Shown here one piece after another: positions 7,844 to 12,551 of a stretch of 12,551 nt of DNA. Within the stretch, counting starts at the first letter, position 1. Each line of letters begins with the position of its first letter. This DNA comes from Myxococcales bacterium (GTDB lineage Bacteria; Myxococcota_A; Polyangia; Polyangiales; Polyangiaceae): contig JAYTOU010000058.1 of the NCBI GenBank assembly GCA_043747615.1, positions 1-12,551 of the forward strand. Direction: 5' to 3'. A program made the translations under genes and the position numbers. The notes beneath the pieces are model-generated. The model saw nothing but the letters and a program-made list of their open reading frames with translations, was not told where the DNA came from and did no database searches.

Positions 7844-8878
7844 TCATTTGTCTTTTCGTCGTCGACGGTAGAAATCTGCGAGCGCCTCGAAGCAGGTGCC
7901 CCCGAGTTCGATGCGCGCCTCGTCATCCCGTCGCGAAACAGCGATCGCGGCCACGAGCGCGGCGATGCCGGGAGCCTCGGGCCGCGCAAACTTTCCGTCC
8001 TTGATGTCGATGTCGTGAACGATTTCCGCGATCACTCGGAGACCGGGATCACGGAGATTGAACGCGTCGAGGAGCACCTCGAAGGTGCAGCGATCACCGA
8101 TGTGCGTGAAATCGGCCTCGAACATGTCGTAGGTGACTTCGTCGGGCTCCGCACCATAGCCCTGCCCGGGCACGAACTTGAAGCGCGCCTCGGGATCGAT
8201 GAAGCACTTCACCAGCCACGCGCTGGCAATACGGTCCACGTGTACGTTCTGACGAGTCACCCAAATGCGACCGCGGTAGTCAGCGGCGCGTGGCTTGTCC
8301 TTCGATGAGGGGGCCTGCGAACGCTCGTCCGCTACGAGGCGCTTCTCGATTGCGACGATCGCCGTCTCCGCCGCCTCACGGCCGGGCGCGCCGAAGAAAT
8401 CGATCGCGAGCGTGTCAGCAAGCCGTTTCTTCAGACGAGCGAGATCGCTCTCGGCGCCTTGTCGCCCCTCGTCCGCCCGCCGGATCTTTCGTGGCAGCTC
8501 GCGGCCGACGTCGCGAGCGTCTTCCGCGATTCGATCGTAGTCGGCCTCGCGCGCTGTGTGGAAGAGCCCCTCGATCTGCTCGTCGCGGAGCCCCTCCACG
8601 AAGCTCGCGCGGCAAATCGTCGCGTCGCCCCCCTCGGCGACGATCTCTCGCGCGACCCACTGCAGGTCCTCTTGGGTCTGCTCGTTTTGCGGGAGGATGT
8701 AGACGCTGTTTTTGACCGCCACCGACCCGAGGCGAAGGACGCGCTGCCGAACCTTCGCTCGGAAGTAATCGGGCTTCGGCGGAATCTGGTGGATGAGAAG
8801 TAACCAGCGCGGCGCGGCAGACGACGTTGTTTCGTCAGGCACCTTTCGCTTCAGCTTCAGCTTCTTCGCGCCAGCCAC
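7844..8878 (-). CDS. chrB: Chromate resistance regulator ChrB family protein (N-terminal DNA-binding plus C-terminal sensor domain), about 344 aa
   Basis: N-domain WLLLIHQIPPKPDYFRAKV...LGSVAVKNSVYILP. C-domain WVTRQNVHVDRIASAWLVKCFIDPEARF...YDMFEADFTHIGDRCTFEVLL...IVHDIDIKD. The GTG start at 8878 lacks a clear RBS; an alternative GTG lies at 8842. Confidence 0.92.
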   Translation of the reverse strand: MAGAKKLKLKRKVPDETTSSAAPRWLLLIHQIPPKPDYFRAKVRQRVLRLGSVAVKNSVYILPQNEQTQEDLQWVAREIVAEGGDATICRASFVEGLRDEQIEGLFHTAREADYDRIAEDARDVGRELPRKIRRADEGRQGAESDLARLKKRLADTLAIDFFGAPGREAAETAIVAIEKRLVADERSQAPSSKDKPRAADYRGRIWVTRQNVHVDRIASAWLVKCFIDPEARFKFVPGQGYGAEPDEVTYDMFEADFTHIGDRCTFEVLLDAFNLRDPGLRVIAEIVHDIDIKDGKFARPEAPGIAALVAAIAVSRRDDEARIELGGTCFEALADFYRRRRKDK

Positions 8879-8889
8879 GGCGGATGTTT

Positions 8890-8932
8890 ATCACAACTGG
8901 AAGATATGAGGTGGTGCACATTCAGCTGTGAT
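8890..8932. promoter_or_regulatory. AT-rich imperfect inverted repeat directly upstream of chrB (candidate operator or RNA hairpin)
   Basis: ATCACAACTG (8890-8899) and CAGCTGTGAT (8923-8932) are 9/10 complementary with a 23-nt spacer. The nearer arm ends 11 nt before the chrB start. Confidence 0.5.
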
Positions 8933-8953
8933 GAGCTCCGGCACCGGAGTCTC
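8933..8953 (-). terminator. GC-rich hairpin immediately after the pseudogene stop; possible terminator or stabiliser
   Basis: Minus strand GAGACTCCG-GTGC-CGGAGCTC follows the TAG at 8954-8956. There is no U-tract, so it is not a canonical intrinsic terminator. Confidence 0.3.
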
Positions 8954-10311
8954 CTAGAGATTGAAACCCGTCGTCGGCGAGCCTGCGGGGCTCACCAGCT
9001 CCTCGGTGCAAACCTCGCGGTCCTGCTGAAAAAGGTACCAGTGGTAGTTCGACTGATCGTACCAATTGCCGTGACTGTCGTTGGCCCACTGCCCGGCGGG
9101 CGTGATGAAGCCTTCCCCTGGTCGGAGCCAGCGCATCGTGACGACGTCGGTGTTGCCGTACGCGAAGCGGCCCGACGGGAGCGTCGATTCGAGCCACGGG
9201 TTTCCCATGGCGGAGCCCACGACGAGCGGCACGGACTCGACGTCGTTCAAGATCGTCTCCTGGGTGTCGTTGATCTGATGCTACCCGCCGCCGCTCGTCA
9301 CGCCGCCGTCGGGCGCGCTCGCTTCGTCGGCGGCGCGGCGTCGCTCGAAGCAGGTGTACATGTCCTTGAAGCCGTTCGGCCGCTCGTCGGCCACCCACGT
9401 CCAGCCGCGCCCGACCGCAGTCACATACTGATGATTCTGAAAGGGAAAAAGCGCGTGAATGTCGTTCGGCACGAACGGCTTCGCGCTCGACCCTTGGTTG
9501 TTGTAGCTCGCCGCAAAGGAGTGGCTCATGAGGCGCTGGAACGGTGACGATCCGTCGCTCGGGTTCGCCTTCGACGAGACCCCCTCGCGGTCGATGATGC
9601 TTCGCCCGTCGATGTAGCGGACGCTGCTCGCGCGGAGCTCGCTGACTTTCTTCACGGGCATCCGGAACCAAATCGGAAACCAGTCTTGCCAGCCAGTCGG
9701 ATGCACGAGGACGACCGAGCCGCTCATGAGCGAGTCCCAGCCGAGGCCTGCGGGCGGCTGCCACTCGGCAATCGCGTCGTTGGCGGAGTTGCGGGTCGCG
9801 TTGAGGGTCACCGAGGTGAGGGGCCGACCGCCGTTCGGCGAGTACTGCGCCTCGAACGTCGTTCCCCCGTACGGAAGCGCATGGTCGAAACGAAAGACGA
9901 CTTTCTTCCGCCGCTCGTCGAGCGACTGAGCGTCGCCACGACTTGCGGGCGCGATTCGGTCCACCAAGGGAACGAGGGCGCGGCGTCGGCTTGACCGTCG
10001 CCGAACTCGAAGAAGCTGCTGGCGATCATCTTCGTGGGTATCGCGACGACGGCATCGGCGACGCCGGGCCGCTTCCACGCTGCGTTGAGCGCCGAAGACG
10101 CGGCGTTCGCGATGATCGCCTCCGGACGCCAGCGCGACGCATTGGATCCTCCCCAAGGAGCGACGCTTCCGTCCGCCGAAGGGCGCTCGGGGATCGCCGA
10201 GTCCGTGCCGAGGTGTCCGACGGACGTGTCCTCCGTCGTGGTATCGGGCGCTGCGCCACAAGCGGTTGCAGCGACTGCGAGAGCGAAGAGAACAACATGG
10301 GCTGAGCGCAT
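8954..10311 (-). pseudogene. Disrupted hypothetical lipoprotein (about 452 aa if repaired), family not recognised
   Basis: ATG 10311 has a GGAG RBS and a lipobox (MRSAHVVLFALAVAATAC). Coding-like sequence switches frame near 9900-9930 (...VVATLSRSTSGG / KKVVFRFDHALPY...). It meets an in-frame TAG at 9281-9283 and continues in the same frame (HQINDTQETILNDVES...TGFNL) to TAG 8954. The 1358-nt span is one base short of a multiple of 3. Confidence 0.75.
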
Positions 10312-10360
10312 GGATGACTCCAAGGGAGTGCGGCGTGATCACCGCGTGTAGGCTCCGGTG

Positions 10361-10376
10361 AGCAACGCTCGTGCCG
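10361..10376 (-). promoter_or_regulatory. Sigma54 (RpoN) -24/-12 promoter
   Basis: Minus strand CGGCACGAGCGTTGCT matches the consensus TGGCAC-N5-TTGC with exact GG-N10-GC spacing, about 50 nt upstream of ATG 10311. Confidence 0.72.
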
Positions 10377-10405
10377 TTGCGAAATCTTGCCGATTCGCGC
10401 GGAGA

Positions 10406-10470
10406 GTTACCTCGAGGTGACACGCGAACCGAAGTCGAACGCGGAGGATGCACCTCCAGGTGACTGCGAA
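10406..10470. promoter_or_regulatory. Two tandem palindromic sites, candidate enhancer-binding-protein sites
   Basis: ACCTCGAGGTGAC (10409-10421) and ACCTCCAGGTGAC (10452-10464) are 12/13 identical and 43 bp apart. Each has an ACCT-N2-AGGT dyad and is followed closely by GCGAA. Both lie upstream of the sigma54 motif. Confidence 0.45.
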
Positions 10471-10487
10471 AGGCGCCGAAATCGCGG

Positions 10488-11579
10488 TCAGGTTCCCGTG
10501 GGGCGCATGATGCGCAAGACCGGCGTTCCATGCGGGCCTGCGAGCAGCGGAAAGAACACCCGATGCGTCGCTGGATCGACGGCGACCGAGTGGCTCGCTT
10601 CGCCAGGATGCTCGCTGCCGACGAGGACGAGGCCGGGCTTTCCGAGATCGAACACCTTGAGGTCACCGCTCTCCGCCGAGACGTAGAGCCAACCGAGACC
10701 TGGATCGATCGCGAGGACGTCGGGGTCGCCGCCGGAGGGCGCGATGTCGATCGCGTGGGCGCCGCCGAGATCGACGCGGACGACCTTCGAGTTGCCTTCG
10801 CACGCGATGAGCGCGCTCTTGCCGTCAGGATGGATCCGTAGACCGTGCGCGCCTTTGCAGCCCGGAAGGGGGATCGTGGTCGTCACCTTCGGAGCGATGG
10901 GAGTGACGGCGACGAGCTGGTCGGGCGGGGTCGCCGTTACGACGGTGATCCAGAAGACGCCGCGCGACGCATCGAACACGACATTTCCAGTCTCGGTCCC
11001 GAGCGGCACTTGCTTGCGCGTCCCACTGCCGGAGCCGCTGATGAGTGAGATCGACCCGTCGCGCTGATCCGACACGCCGACGGTCTTGTCCGCGGGATCC
11101 CAGGCGACGCCATCGGGCCCCTTTCCCGTGTCGACCCTGGCGATCTCCGTGAGCGAGCCGTTGTCGATGATCACGAGCTTGTTCGGAGAGCTCGTCACGA
11201 AGATGCGACCGACGTCATCGGCGACGACGACGCCTCGGGCAGTGGGGATGCCGGGAAGCACCTTTACGACCGATCCGTCGCTGGTGTTCACGACGACCAC
11301 CGAGGCGTCATTCATGTGCGCGATGACGAGGTGGCCCTTCGCGGGGTCGACGTCCTGATAGTCGAAACGCACCGCTTTTCCCGGGAGATTCACGTTCGCC
11401 ACGAGGACGAGCGGCAGTGATGCGCGCGCCGTCGCCCCGCTGTCCGCGCCGCGAACATCGGGACTCGATGGGGCGGCAACGGCGGTGGGACCCGAACCCG
11501 CACCCGCGGTGGGCGAAGGCGACGAGCCGCGACATGCCGTGAGAAAAAGAGCGACCGGAATCACGTGCGATCGGTTCAT
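10488..11579 (-). CDS. YncE/YVTN-like beta-propeller lipoprotein, 363 aa
   Basis: True start is ATG 11579 (ATGA overlap with the upstream paralog stop). Lipobox FLTAC and a Ser/Pro/Ala linker precede RFDYQDVDP and repeated blades (TARGVVV, PDGVAWDP, TGNVVFD, AHGLRIHP, PDVLAIDP, SHSVAVDP). Confidence 0.85.
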   Translation of the reverse strand: MNRSHVIPVALFLTACRGSSPSPTAGAGSGPTAVAAPSSPDVRGADSGATARASLPLVLVANVNLPGKAVRFDYQDVDPAKGHLVIAHMNDASVVVVNTSDGSVVKVLPGIPTARGVVVADDVGRIFVTSSPNKLVIIDNGSLTEIARVDTGKGPDGVAWDPADKTVGVSDQRDGSISLISGSGSGTRKQVPLGTETGNVVFDASRGVFWITVVTATPPDQLVAVTPIAPKVTTTIPLPGCKGAHGLRIHPDGKSALIACEGNSKVVRVDLGGAHAIDIAPSGGDPDVLAIDPGLGWLYVSAESGDLKVFDLGKPGLVLVGSEHPGEASHSVAVDPATHRVFFPLLAGPHGTPVLRIMRPTGT

Positions 11580-12424
11580 AGGCACGAAGGTTTCATGATT
11601 CGAAGCACGGGTGTGCTTTTCGGTCCGACTTGAAGCGGAAAGAAAACCCGGTGGGTCGCCGGGTCGACGGCAACGGTGTGAGCGTTGTCTCCCGGGTGCT
11701 CGGCGTCGATTGTCACGACTCCGGGCTGACCGATATCGAACACCTTTAGATCTCCGCTCTCCGCCGCAACGTAGAGCCAGCCGAGCTCGGGGTCGATGCT
11801 GAGCACGTCCGGCCCACCGCCGGTGTGCGCAATGACGACGGCGTTCGTGCCGCCGAGATCCACGCGGGCCACCATCGAGTTGCCCTCGCACGCGACGAAC
11901 GCGCTCTGACCATCCGGGTGCAAGCGCAAGCCGTGAGCGCCCGTGCAGCCGGGAGGATCGATGTGAGTGGTGACGGTGCCGGCGACGGGATCGATGGCGA
12001 CGAGCTGGTCGGGCGGAGCTGCAGTCACCACCGAAGCCCAGAAGCGCCCTCGTGCGGCGTCGAAGACCACGTTGCCGGTCTCCAATCCGAGCGGAACTTG
12101 CGTGCGCTTTCCACTGCCCGAGTCGGCGATGAGAGACACCGCGCCATCACCTTGGTCGGAGACAGCGACGATTTTGTCGGCAGGGTCCCAGCCCACTCCG
12201 TCGGGAGAATTACCCGTGCCGACGCGCCTGATCTCGCTGAGCGACGTGTTGTCGACGATGACCAGCTGGTTGGGCGAGCTGGTCACGAAGATTCGCCCGA
12301 CCTCGTCGCCGGCAACTACCCCGCGGGCCGTCGAGATGCTCGGAAGGAGTTTCGCCACCGAGCCGTCGCTCAAGTTGAGGATGAGGACCGAGGAGTCGTT
12401 CATGTGAGCCACGACGAGATATCC
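11576..12424 (-). pseudogene. Second YncE-like beta-propeller, 5'-truncated paralog of 10488-11579
   Basis: From GYLVVAHMND to the stop it aligns without gaps to the neighbour (about 200/282 identities, hand count). Similarity ends abruptly at about 12424, so the signal peptide, linker and RFDY strand are absent. The ORF-track TTG at 12451 lies in unrelated sequence. Confidence 0.7.
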
Positions 12425-12551
12425 GGGAATGCCCCGGCTCCTGTTAAACAAGCCCTGCGTGCCAGTGCGATTTGAGACGGTCGGTTCGTTGGAATCTCTG
12501 TAGCAAAGGGCGGAGAATGGACTTCTCCCATGCCGATGCCGTCGACAAATT
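12425..12551. other. Unrelated, less GC-rich sequence joined to the truncated propeller gene (possible mobile element end or rearrangement junction)
   Basis: Abrupt loss of paralog similarity and of GC3 codon bias. Contains GGCTCCTGTTAAACAAG (12436-12452), loosely like an IS terminus, and a plus-strand ATG at 12517 (MDFSHADAVDK...) open to the edge. Confidence 0.35.

Noticed and set aside
8879..8953. Fluoride (crcB) or other known riboswitch upstream of chrB
   Set aside because: I see no GGCGATGG...TRATG-type consensus, and the region is short. It is kept only as a generic operator or hairpin candidate.
9281..9283. Programmed amber read-through (pyrrolysine or recoding)
   Set aside because: No pyl genes or methyltransferase context are present, the same gene also carries a frameshift and ends in TAG, and a TGG to TAG mutation is simpler.
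9895..9930. Programmed -1 ribosomal frameshift
   Set aside because: GGA AGA AAG is not a canonical X XXY YYZ slippery heptamer, so a one-base deletion is more parsimonious.
533..12475. Long plus-strand ORFs (533-1774, 1258-2265, 2583-3761, 5344-6939, 11825-12475 and others)
   Set aside because: They are antisense shadows of well-supported minus-strand genes in high-GC DNA, are Arg-rich and show no recognisable motifs.
12464..12551. Group II intron 5' end (GTGCG)
   Set aside because: The motif is only 5 nt, is not at the breakpoint and has no supporting structure in view.
1..12551. CRISPR array, tRNA or rRNA genes
   Set aside because: No regularly spaced repeats or RNA-gene signatures were seen. 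Repeated sequence at 10.5-12.4 kb is explained by the paralogous genes.

Overview
GC-rich window whose codon usage and many lipoproteins suggest a myxobacterium such as Polyangiaceae (inference). All credible genes are on the minus strand. In transcription order (right to left): an N-terminally truncated YncE-like beta-propeller, an intact ~70% identical YncE-like lipoprotein paralog, and a disrupted unknown lipoprotein gene (one frameshift, one in-frame TAG) with its own sigma54-type promoter and tandem upstream palindromes. These are followed by a tightly coupled operon: chrB (chromate-sensing regulator family), DUF1259 (LppY/LpqO-like) lipoprotein, TolC-family outer membrane factor, RND permease, membrane fusion protein, DUF1080-like lipoprotein and a frameshifted, truncated chrA remnant that the ORF track misses. 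The window's left end holds the probable left end of an IS66-family element. The main candidate system is a ChrB/ChrA-bracketed tripartite RND exporter with several uncharacterised envelope lipoproteins, possibly for oxyanion or metal handling. The locus is decaying at both edges while the core frames remain open. Family calls come from motif recognition by eye; no searches were run.
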